A stretch of 64,000 bases of DNA, taken from NCBI GenBank assembly GCA_965112155.1, contig OZ218098.1, one strand, 5' to 3'. This DNA comes from Podarcis liolepis. Lineage: Eukaryota. The notes beneath the pieces were generated by a model. The model made no database searches, had not been told where the DNA came from, and saw nothing but the letters and a program-made list of their open reading frames with translations. Positions 12,019 through 23,414 of the stretch are shown here, piece after piece. Made by a program: the position numbers and the translations under genes. How positions within the stretch are numbered: the first letter of the stretch is position 1; each line of letters begins with the position of its first letter.

Positions 12019-15000
12019 CGCTGTTTCCCTGGCAAAACAACAGTCCTGCTCCTGTCTGTGTTTGGGCTACCGAGGGATTCAAAAACCTGTCTCAGGGGAT
12101 ACCTAGCTTCTCCTCGTGGCATGCTTTGGCACCGAATGTGAGAGGGTTGAGTGGAATGGGTTGGGCGAGGTTATCATGGTGTTAGTGTCCTCACCACATG
12201 CCGGCTGGTGGTTTCAATGCGTCACCAGTGTGGGACTTCATGTTGTGAGGGGAAGGTGATGAAGGAATTTCTCTATGGGACTGTCAGTTGTTGCTACATT
12301 GTTTCCTCCCCCTCCCCCTCCCCCTTTCCCCTTCCTAATTCTGTTACAACAGTTTTGATTTAGCTGCTGGAGGAACGTAGAATCCTAAACCACTGTAGAC
12401 TCCAGCCTATCAGCCACTACCTTCCTTGGGTGCCATTAAATGATCCTTCCCAAGCAAAAGGTTATCTTCTGCAGCTAACAACCTCTCTATCTGCCCCATT
12501 TTCTGTGCAACGCTTCTGACCTGTCCACATGATTGGTGGTCATGAATACAATCCTTGCTTCGGAGGAAGCCACACCATCCAACGCGTTGAGAAGGCCACT
12601 GAAAGTCAGGCGTCCCATGCCTTGGTATGCGCTGGGGTCTGGAAGGAAACACAGCGGCACAGAGACAGCTCAGAGGGAGACACTATAGGTACAGTTGTGA
12701 CCAAGGGCTGCCCAATTTCTGTCTAGGTTTATAGCCTTCCAGGGGAAGGGCAACAATCCCACCGTTGTGGTCTTATGTCACAGTAGTACCAGCTTTATGT
12801 TCCCTGCCTGATGTGCAGTGGCTTGCGAAATGTTCCTGACACACTGCTGTCCAAATAGATACATGAAGGGGTCGGAGAAAATCATGCCACCTGGTGGCAA
12901 AATGCAAGTCGACAGAAAGCAGGACAATAAACAGTCAGGATCCTATGTCCAAAGAAGGCTGGCAAAAAGAAGTGCCTCTAGGATCTCTGCTGGCAAATCT
13001 CTTCCACAGTGCAAAAGCTGTAAACTTGTCCCCAAGCGCCTGTCTTGTTTCAAGTCTCTCTTTGTATATGGATAACTGAATTGGAATAGGTGTCACATTA
13101 AAGCCTGCAGATAATTATTTATCATTATATTTATTCAATCTATTGGTAGCTTGCTACGTAAAAAGTATTGAAGTAACTCACAAAGTTTTAAAGACATAAA
13201 GCAAAAACAAGAACAAAAAAAAACCACTCAATAAGAAGAAAAGAGAGCAATACGTTGCATTTAAAAAGAAACTGTACCAAAAACCAGAGAACAGACACAG
13301 TAAAGCAGCAGGGGGGGAAACTTGGCAGCAAAGCATACCATCCAGCAAATCATCACCACCATCTGTCAAATACCTGAGTTAAGTTTTTACCTGGTGCCAA
13401 AAGAATTTTAATGATAGCCCCAAGAGGACCCCACTGTGAAGAGCATTCCACAAGTGGGGAGCCCTGACTGGAACACCCTCTTCCTTGTCACCACACTCCA
13501 GACCTCCCTCAGAGTGGACACCAGTAGAGGATCAAAAAATGAAGGGTCTGGTAGACATTTTCCAAAAGACATTGGTGTCCTGAGTCATTGACCCCTCTTT
13601 GTCAGTACCAGGTCACCAACCCGAATCCCATTGCAAAGTGCAGCTTGGAGGAAGGAGCTACTATTCAGCTCTCATTCCCCCCACTCTGAATGAACAATTA
13701 GCTTGGGAAAGTTGCTGCAGTGCAGCACTTAATCAGGATGCCTCCACAGAGTTACAACACAGGGGTGATGAACGCTTGGTCCCAGCTCAGTAAGAGGCAG
13801 CAGAAAAGGGCAGCCTGGAACAAAAGAGTGGGGAGGCGCCATCTGCCTGTCACTCACTTTCGGTAGCAAGATCCCGGCTGACGAAAGCAGCATCCACGTC
13901 CTCCAGGAGGATGATGCTCTGTTGAGGAGCTACGCTCAGGAGGTGGTTAAGACGATCATCAGAGAGGCTGTGGTCGCTCAGGCTCAGGAGACAGATGCTG
14001 TACTCAAGTTCTCCAGCAAGGGCTGTGCTGTGATAGACAGAGGACAATGTTTCCGCTGAAGAAAACTATGACAACGCCTTGTGCAAAGCTAAGCAGGGTA
14101 AGCTGTAGGGGAGTGATTCCTGACCAGGAGCTACACAAGTGCCCAGGGAGGTACCCTCAGAGACTGTATCCATGGGCAAATCCTTTGAGAAAAGGGGTTT
14201 TTTTGGAAGGAAAGCTGAGGACATGGTACTCACATGAAACTGCTCTTTCCACAACCTGGGGGCCCGTACAGCAGGTATCCTCTCCGATAGGGGATTCCTA
14301 CAGACAAAGAGGCTAGTCAAAAGGCAGAAAACGCAGCCTATTCCAACTTCTTTTGAAATCTGAGCTACTATCTCACACCCGAGAATAAGAATGAGCTGAT
14401 CGATGATGCCTTGAGCTCACCCCATAGTGGCCAATTCCAGTTGCTGAGAAAGAAATATATTGCACAGGGCCCTGACAGAGTACCCAATATCCTGCCACCC
14501 TAAAGGTTTAGCACTACTTTAACCAACTTGGCAAACAGTTGATACAAAGTATTGTGGCAAATGCCAGAAACTTAGTAAACATTTGGTTTATCAGTACTTG
14601 GCTGTGCAGAGACGAGCCAGGACAGTCTCTCTCGTAGGAAAGTAAGGGATAGTTCCTAATTCTCAAGGCCTGGGACTTTGCAGGGGCTGTTGTAGAGACA
14701 GCAATGAGGTTAGAAGAGGCTTCCCACTACACCCATGTCAGAGATGAGTTGTGAGTGCTAGTGGAGATAAGAGTCTGGGAATCCAGCCATATTTACAAGA
14801 TTTATTGCTTCTTTCGTGCTATGTACAATCAGCTTTGAAAGTCCGTTCCGGTCATGGCAAGTCAGTTGCCTCGACTAAAGCTGCTTTCGGTTTTCCCCAG
14901 CATAACCACCTCCTAAGCCCAACCCCCCTCCTTCCTCTCTTACGAGTGTGGCTTGGCCCCGGAAGTGCCTCCCCCCTCTCAGATTCATTGCCTCCTGACA

Positions 15001-16817
15001 GCCTGTCGTCACCTTCCTCGTCCGAGGAAGAACAGCTACTAATTAATGGAGGTTTGTCTCAATACGTTTCCATTCTCTCCCCCTTCTCTGCCTCCCATTC
15101 CCTGACAACTCATAAGATGAGAGAGGTCCCGCTGCACTCATAAGAACAGAGAGACATCAGCACAGTTGGGAGTCCAAAGCAGGAAGAAGGCGCAGGCAGG
15201 TTGGAAATGACAGGGATGCAGAAGGCAGCAGAGATGCCTTTGGGCACAATAGCAGAGGACATTGAGAATGATAATCTGGGCTAAATAATGGGATACGCTG
15301 GCTCTGCAAGTGGCATCCCACCTGCCTTAATTTAGTTCATAAAGGAAAAGCTCAGGTTGTGAGGGTATCTGAATGTCGCTCCCTGAAAAGTAAACTCACC
15401 TCGATCAATGTACCACTTGGGGTTACCAGTGAACTCTTGCACATCCCGCACAATTCTCTCGGACACTCCTTTCTCAAGCACTACAGAGGTGAGCGGACGC
15501 CGACGTCGTGGGAAACCAAATGGCCGCCATTCAGCCCCCATGGCTGTGTACATGACCGTCTTTCCTTCTTGCTGCCTCAGAGCCAATTCTTTGGCTGCAG
15601 AGAAAGGAACAAAGCTGAGGAAAGGGAGCTAACTGCACATCTGGATACAGATGGGAAGGAGGAAGAGGGAAATCGCCTGTCTGCTAAATATAACAAAGAA
15701 GCAAGGAAGCATCACCAAAGAGAATGTGTCAGTTTGGAGGGTAGCCCCAGCTCTAAGTAGGGGTACTTAAGGAACTGGAGTTCTGTGAATTCTGATGCAG
15801 AGTGATATAATTTGTACCTCCTGGAATCAGGTGCAGAACAGAACATAACTAGCCATCAGACTTTGGCCTTCTCTAAATTTTGAAATACAGTTTTCAGTTC
15901 AAAAAATGCCCAACGGCATGAAAAATGCATAATTTGGAATAAAATACATTTAGAAGTGCATAGAATGAGCTACAATTGTAGCTACTTCATAAAAATATAT
16001 TTAGGTATGTATTTAAACATGATTTTTTGCATATATATTTTTTTTTAATTGTAGATTAATGCAGAAACAGGATGGAATGGACTTACTAAAGAACACATGT
16101 AAAACAAACCTGGGTCCAGAAATAGACTGATCTATTCATCCCTAGCGCCAACATCATCATTAAATGTATTACCCACCCTTGCCAGCCTACAACCAAGGAG
16201 AGCTATTGTACCTTCCTGCAGGATGTTGAAGAAAACCTCTCGGTTGCTACCGATTGCTGTGAAGGTGACAGATTCCCAGGGGGTGCCCGTATGCAGGTCA
16301 ACCATTTGTTTCTCTCGGTTCCGTTCAATGCGGATCCACTTCCTTTTATACCTGGAGGCGGAGCAGGGAACATGTGAACAGGAACTGGTGGTGGGGAGAC
16401 AACTGGACGAGCAAGCATGCAATATTCATGACACCACTTCCTTATTAGCCCTGCAATACATCTGTCCATCCCAAAGACATTCCATGGCCTCACTTACCAA
16501 ATGAAATGGTTCCCAGGGCTGGGGATAAAGTCAAACTTGGTACTGATACGGCCACTCTCATGCTGCAGGTATGAGGTCTCCACGCTCAGGTGCTGGGTGT
16601 GCTTTGCATGGTGAGAGATCCAGCTCAGCAGCCAGTGGTAACTCTTGTCCTTGCTTGGCACCTCTAGGGTGATCATACAATGCCGCCTGAAAGCCACCAA
16701 GCCAAGCTGTGCCCCTTTACGGGCCAGGGCCAAGGCTGTACCTACACCCACCAGGCCAAAGCCTGCTCCGAAGTATGGATTGTCCTTCAGGGCCGAGACA
16801 AAGTCAGAAAAGGGCAT
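10333..16817 (-). CDS. BCS1L: Mitochondrial chaperone BCS1 (AAA ATPase, complex III Rieske protein insertase), 419 aa
   Basis: Exons (-) 16817-16498, 16351-16212, 15594-15400, 14297-14234, 14027-13858, 12638-12521, 10585-10333 total 1260 nt, all GT-AG. Motifs: N-terminus [30 protein letters not shown], Walker A GPPGCGKS, Walker [21 protein letters not shown]. Confidence 0.98.
11993..12018. repeat. (GT)n microsatellite
   Basis: Direct inspection. Confidence 0.95.
13110..13550 (-). mobile_element. Decayed L2 LINE 3' fragment
   Basis: Minus strand GGCTCCCCACTTGTGGAATGCTCT..TTTTGGCACCAGGTAAAAAC, same L2 3' motifs. Confidence 0.55.
14736..15107 (-). mobile_element. Solo LTR (Gypsy/ERV-like) in a BCS1L intron
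   Basis: TGTCAG..CTGACA inverted termini, 5-bp TSD ACCCA/ACTCA (1 mismatch), AATAAA on the minus strand at 14801-14806. Confidence 0.75.
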
Positions 16818-16996
16818 TGTTGTGGGTGGGGAAATAACTCCAGTGCTAAAGAGCCATTCCCAGCAGCATTTCTTCTAAACACCATAACAACACATGGAGA
16901 GGAAGAGAAAAAAACCAACAAATTAATTATGAAGTTATGGGTGGCAAGTATATTGGTTACCAGAAGACAAGCTTTATTGACAAATTCTCTTTAACC

Positions 16997-17129
16997 CAGG
17001 TGTGGGGAACTTTGACCCTCCAGATGTTGCTGAACTACAACACCTTCCCTGGCCATTGGCTATGCTTGCTGGGGCTGATGGGAGTTGGAGTTCAGCAACA
17101 TCTGGAGAGCCAAAGTCTCACCACACCTG
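16997..17129. repeat. Short palindromic squamate interspersed repeat (MITE-like); about 9 copies in the window
   Basis: CTCCAGATGTTGCTGAACTACAA..GGGAGTTGGAGTTCAGCAACATCTGGAG. Related copies near 36945, 37140, 40480-40790, 44130, 50290, 51975, 56765, 61615. Confidence 0.7.
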
Positions 17130-18859
17130 CTTTAGCCTCTTTCATGCTACCTTATTTTAGCAAAATAAATACCCTGGCAGATCCCTCTCCACTGGAAAAC
17201 CAGAATACAAGTAATTATGCATACATACTCACAAATTCAGCTTCCTTCTCTATAGTAGTTTGAAAGATTGCAAAGCAAGGCTGCTGCCATTTTGGCTTGT
17301 GTAAAGAAAACTGGATATTCCCTAGCTTGCTTTTGTTGGTGTAATCTGGAAAAATTGGTGAAATTGCACTCCGTGCTTGGGCCGTGTCTTCAGCAGCCCA
17401 TTTCCCATTCTGTTAAGTTAGCACACCGGCTTCACTGGGTGGCTTAAAATAGTTGAAGGCTAAATGCCTAGAGCGTCACTCGTTCATCTTCTCTTTCTCT
17501 AATGTGTGTATGTGCAAAGATGGGTATAAAGCCAAGGCTGCAGCAGCATTGGCGGGAGTATGAGGTATTCACCGAGAAGAGGCTTTGCTCAGTGCAAGGT
17601 ACCAGCAGAGAAGCTGAAGGTTACATGCTGTGTGGTTCCGTATAGCATGCTGAGCTTGTTAGGATTCTTGCTCTGTGCTTGCAGTCATGGGATTGTTTTA
17701 TGTTACATGATGGTGTATGTTTTCATTCCACATTGTGGGAAGTGGCGGAGACAGAGCTAGCGTGGTAAAGTTTTACTTCTAATTAGTCAAACCTTGGTTG
17801 TCGAACATAATCCATTCTGGAAGACCGTTCAACTTCCGAAATGTTCGATAACCGAGGTGTGGCTTCTGATTGGTTGCAAGAGCTTCTTGCACTTGGGTTC
17901 CGAAAAATGTTCAAAAACCAGAGCATTTACTTTCAGGTTTTCAGCATTTGGAAGGTGAAACGTATGATAACGGAAGTGTTTGGGAACTGAGATTTGACTG
18001 TGTAGTAGAATAGTTCATGATGTACCAGCATCTCTTAAAAGTTTATGTAGCTAGGGTGTTTATATTTATCTTAAACACAATAAACACTTTATACTTTGAA
18101 TTGAACTGAATGGGGAAGAAGTCTTCTTAACCAGGAATTCTATCTGCTTTCTCCACATCATGCATAATTTTATATAACATGGTCCCCTTTACCTGTTTTT
18201 TTCCTGAACTAACGTTCCCCCCCACCCCCACCATTGTAGTTCTTTATCATAGGGAAGTTGCTCTATTTGGACTGCCCTTTTCTAGCTCAAATGCTTAGGC
18301 ATGCCCAATGAAGTTTTTGATTTCTTGGGCAGACCCCCTCCCCATGCTACCACAATCAAATTTTGAAAGGTCACTCAAAAGTAGCTTGTTGTGTGACCCA
18401 GAAAGCTAGCTATCGGTATTTGAGAAACATAGCTCAGCAACTAGTTACTGTGCCAAATACATGGGCACCAAATAGTAGATCAACCATGTTTTGCAGCTCA
18501 TAATCACTTTGAATTTCTTCTGTTTGTGAGTTAGCATTTTGTCTGCTCTGTGGAGCTTGATGTTTATTTCCAATAGCATTTGTGGAAAGTAGAAACTGAA
18601 AAGATGCTCTCTGAACAATTTCATTACTTGTGTGTGTGTCTTTTTGGAAAGTCAGCCACAGCCCAAATGTTGGTTGCTGGTCTGGAAACATTTGCCTACC
18701 ACTACTAGAGATAGGAAGATTTATAATACTTTTCTCCACACTTTTAAAAGGGGTGCGATGCTGAGGAGGAAACCTCTCTATGGGGTTAAGTCCCATTGAG
18801 TCCAATGGAACTGACTCCCGGCTGAAATGATGCAGGATCTCAGGCTCAATTTCCTGTCT

Positions 18860-19860
18860 CGAAAGGAGAATCGTCTGAACCCGCCACCCTTTTCTCTTGC
18901 AGCACTTAATCGCCCCCATAGCATCAAGAGGGTCCTCTCCTTCGTGCCCCCTTCCACACGCCCGGCATAAAGGAACAACACCCGCAGACACGGACTATGG
19001 AACACGCTCTCCACGCATTAAAGTTCGCCTCCCCAATAGACCTCACCTCCGGATAGCGCCTCTCTTTCCTTGCTTTTCTCTATGGTTCTTTTGACCGGAA
19101 ACAATTCTTTTCTCTACTCTATTGTCCCCTTAGATATAGAGATATGAAAATGTATAAAGTTTTAAATGTATATTGGAATAAATATCTTTTGATGATGATT
19201 ATCTACAAATGTATAATGACAGTCGTTTTGACATCTTCGGGGTGAATCCTCTGTATATCTTGCAGTAGGAACGAGAATTCGCTCCTAAATCAGAAGTAAC
19301 GATAAGGGTAGTGTGCAACTCTTACCTTTTTCTATCTCTACGATAACCTCCAGCTTCAAAAGGCGTGAGTTGAACCGAAGTCAGCATTTCCTGTGCTTAT
19401 ATGTGACAGCAGAGCGGACGCGTTTTCCGGCACTCTATGGTCCCTGAGGGAGCGTTACGTGTCTATATTTTTTCCTTCCCGGTCGCGCCATCCCAACCAT
19501 TTGCCTGCCTGCCTGGGTTCTGGACTTGCGAGGTGAAGATTAACCCCTTTAAAGCGGTTACGGCAATCCCTGGAAGTCGCTCTGGAAAGCTTCCCTTTAT
19601 GGTGCCGCCTCTAGTCCTGGAACGTCAGTCAGCAGTTACCATAGAGTTGCGGGGTGGGAGCGGGCTCTGGGCGGCACAAAGGGGGGAGGGGGGACGAGTC
19701 TCGCTCTTCCTTCGGTGGGGGGGGGGAGTGAAAGGAAGAGCTTTTGTTTTGTTTTAATTGGGGAGGGGCTGTGGGGCTCCTCGTTGGCCTAGGAAGGCGG
19801 TGGGCAAGCAAGCCAAAGAGGGAAAGGGAAGGAGGTGCCCAGTGGTGAGTTGACTTGGGT
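18860..19860. promoter_or_regulatory. CpG-rich bidirectional promoter region shared by BCS1L (-) and ZNF142 (+)
   Basis: Local CpG enrichment between divergent genes. ETS-like CCGGAA cores near 19095 and 19425. Minus-strand splice donors after 19047 (GAG|gtgagg) and 19326 (AAG|gtaag); plus-strand gtgagt donor near 19845. Confidence 0.7.
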
Positions 19861-20216
19861 GGGCCCTCCAAGACTCTCACGGCATAGCTGTCAACTTTTC
19901 CCTTTTCTTGCAAGGAATCCTATTCGGAATAAGGGAACTTCCCTTAAAAAAAGGGAAACGTTGGCAACTATGTCTCACGGGGTGCAAGGAAGGCAAAAGG
20001 TGCTCCCAGAGACTCACTGGCCCCCTAATGCTGTTGTATGTGTGCTTTGTGATGGGGTTGGGGCGGGCAGGTCATGGCCTGAAAAGGAAGGGGCCCCCAC
20101 AGGGCTAAGCTGAGCCCTGGAGTTGGTTACTGGCCATTCTGCCTCAGGAATCCTCGTTCATCCTTTCCCTTAAAATATCCGTGATTTTTCTCTCTTTCTC
20201 TTCCCTTGCACTTCAG

Positions 20217-20304
20217 AGAGCAGTAAAGATGGCCCAAGCCTGGCACTGGGAGCCTGAACGGCTGCAGAAGAAGCCCACCAGGAGAAGGAGAGGAAACCGG
20301 GTGT
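20217..20304 (+). other. Putative 5'UTR exon of ZNF142
   Basis: Strong polypyrimidine tract plus cag acceptor before 20217 and gtaagt donor at 20305. Confidence 0.5.
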
Positions 20305-20429
20305 GTAAGTTCAGCCTCATTGTCTTAAAGCCCACTTCACCACCCAGTCAGGTGGCTAGATTCCTGCAGGGCTGCTTTACCCCAGCTAGTTGGGATCACT
20401 TGCCAACTGCTATCCAAAAACATGCAGGA

Positions 20430-20790
20430 GAGGGGATATGGTAAGATGTGTATAAAACAATGCATGGTGTAGAGAAGGCAAACAGAACCATGCTTTTCCC
20501 CTTCCCTCCTAATACTGGAACCTGGGGTCATCTAATGGAGCTGAAGAATAGGAGATTCAGTATATACAGAAGGAAGGACTTCTTTATACAGTGTGTAATT
20601 AAGGTATGGAACTCACCGCCACAATATGTAGTGGTAGCCAGTAGCTCGTGTTACTTTAAGAAGGGAGCTTGACAAATTCACAGACAATAAGGCTATTAGT
20701 GGCTTCTAGGTGTGATGGCTGTATTTTGCCTCTAGGTTCAGGGATATCATGTTTCTAAATACCATTTACAGGGGAACAATAGTGGGCGAA
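20430..20790 (+). mobile_element. CR1 LINE 3' fragment
   Basis: Degenerate ORF2 C-terminus YKTMHGVEK..TWGHLMEL..RRKDFFIQCVIKVWNSPP..VVVA..FKKG. Confidence 0.8.
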
Positions 20791-22045
20791 AGTTTGGCAG
20801 AAGCTGACAGAACTTTTAATTCTAAATGGGCAGTGCACTTCATTTTTTCTGGAAGTTTTGCTAATCGTAGAAATAACTATATCATCAAGCATACATGGCA
20901 CTTGCATATCTAGCACACTGTTACTTATGTTAATTTGGTCTGGAATCTTTCCTCTAAACAGTCTTGGGCGTGATTATCTACAGATGCATGCCAAAATGAT
21001 TAGGTAACATATTTGTGAGTTTTACTGTGTGCCAGTAGGCAGTTCTGTGTGCTGTTCTTACAGGAAGCAAATTCAAACCCCCAAAATGTATGTCCCAGTG
21101 TGAGTCTAATCCTGGAAATTAGCTTTTCATCCAGTTACAACTGCCCATCTCTGAGCCAGGTTTATCTGGAATAAATGCAGTGGAGTTCAGCTCTATGTGA
21201 AACTATTACAAAGGTGTTTAGACTCCAAGTTTTGAAGAAAAAATTCTGGAGCGAGTGTTCCTATTGATTAAAGTACTGGGCCCTACACAGGAAGAATTAA
21301 CATACCTTTACCAGCTAGAGTGAAAAAGAACAGCTTGGATTTATATATATATAATCTTGTACAGGAAGAAGTCTGCAGGATTGTAGTGTTGCGCTCTGCT
21401 GTGTTGCTAAAGCAGAACATTCTGCATATTGGTTCTGGGATGTAAAATGTTTTGCAGTAATGGAGATGCTTTAAACTGAGCTAATAGAAGACAGTAGACT
21501 GTCCTGGCCCGTGGAAGTAGACTGGCAAAACCTCTTCAGGCTGTGAGGGTGGGCTGCAAATAACCCAATAAATTGCTATCTTATCTAATGGTAGAGCAAG
21601 CGATAAAGACTATTAAAGTGTTTTCAGCTCTAAATTCTTCAGCAGTTTGCCTTAAGCCCTCCATACGGTTGGGTTTTAGTCTATTCCAGAGTTGATTGTA
21701 AAAACCACTGACATAGCTGCATAAACTTTCATCTTTCCTCTGTGCTTCTCTTCTCCAGGAAAGTAAATCTGTGAATATCCTGAATTTTCCCATCCTGAAC
21801 CAAATACTGTCCTGTTGAGCTTCCTACTTAAGCAGACATAGTTGCCAACTCTAATAGCTGCCTAATACTAACAAAGCTAACAGTTAATATTGGGCATTAC
21901 AAAACCACCCCATGCTCATTTATTTGAAAAACTTAATCCTTGGTTGCTTCTCTTCAGGCCAGCAATGGTACCATTTTCTTGCTATGTTTTTAACAGGAGC
22001 TGTACCCCACTTTATGTCATGGTGCAAGGCTACACTGAGGAGTGA

Positions 22046-23373
22046 ATGACAATGAGCACAGGAGCAGTTACAACGGAACCTGTGGGAGGAGACAAGATGA
22101 ACGCACTATGCCAGGAGCTCTTGCTACCCGGCTCAACAGATGCAGGAAATGAGAACAGCCATGGCATCTCCAGTGAGAACTTAGTGGTGGGACAAAGCTT
22201 GCTTTTAACAGAGGCTTCTGTGGTAGGAAGAGAAACTGCTGGTGTTGAAATATTTGTAGAAGCCGTGACTAGCAGCATGTCCCTCAGCAATCCTGGCAGC
22301 ACTACAGGTATGTTGTGCCCTGATAGGTCTTCGTAACCATGTAAGAATGAACCACTTTGTCACTGTCATCTTTTAGTGTGAGTGGTTTCTGTCATGTAGC
22401 ATTTGTATTGTAAAGGAGCAGCAGAAAGAAGCCTTAGGATCTTAGGTCTGGTACAAAAGGCCAAGAGACCTGTGAAAGAGTAGCCTGGCTTTTCTGCACC
22501 TGATGCTGTATTCTGTAATTGTAAGTTGCTTTGAGACATTTTAAGTAGTCAGCAGCGAATAAATGCAAGAAATAACGAGGGTAAGGTTTGTACATCTGTT
22601 ATCTGGGAGAAGGGATATCTGCCACATTGTGTTATCTGCTCTAGGAGTGGAGGGAATGGAGATTGTGTTCTGATCGGGGTTCCTGGGTCCTTGTTACTAT
22701 CAATTGTCCAGCAAGTCACCAAGATAAGCTTTGACTGTGGCTGGATTTGCTTGAGGCACTGTGAGCAGCTGAGATCGAAAAGGTGCGAGGTGTATTTGCC
22801 TAATAGGAGGAGGCAGGGATTTATTTTCATCGTATCTGATGGGATATTGCTGAGCTTGCAGTAGGCATGAAGCTTACTGTGGATCTGTTTGCTGCACCTT
22901 CATAAGGCTGCTTATGGGAGATACCCTTCAATGTCATGGTGATAAGTATTGGACTAATGCCATGGAATATAAGGACCAGAGGCCTTACTATGTTCTTTGA
23001 GGTCTGCAGTTTTGCCTGCAGTGCCTCTGCCATACTCAGTACAAATGACTGAACTATCTTTAGGACTAAGAAGCTAATGTCTTTATTAGGGCAAAGGGGC
23101 TGATACTGTGTGCCTCAACATCATCCTCTGCCCCTGTCTCTTTTAACAGCACAAGTGCTGAGGAGCATGAGGGGTATAGGAGATGGGAGAGTGCAGTGTG
23201 GTGCCTTGGAGCACGTTAAGAGCTTAGGAATTGCAGGGTACCATATTTACAGCAAAGTAGGGTGGGACGTTTAATTAAGGAGAAGACACCACTTACAGGG
23301 ACGTTTAGGTGGTGGCATGTGGGAAGGGGGCTTAGGTGTTGAGGAGTTGGAAGCTTACAAGGGGGTGATTGGC

Positions 23374-23414
<41 letters not shown>

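Noticed and set aside
18434-18991. 185-aa ORF in the first intron of BCS1L
   Set aside because: No homology recognised; it runs through a short palindromic repeat and promoter-proximal sequence.
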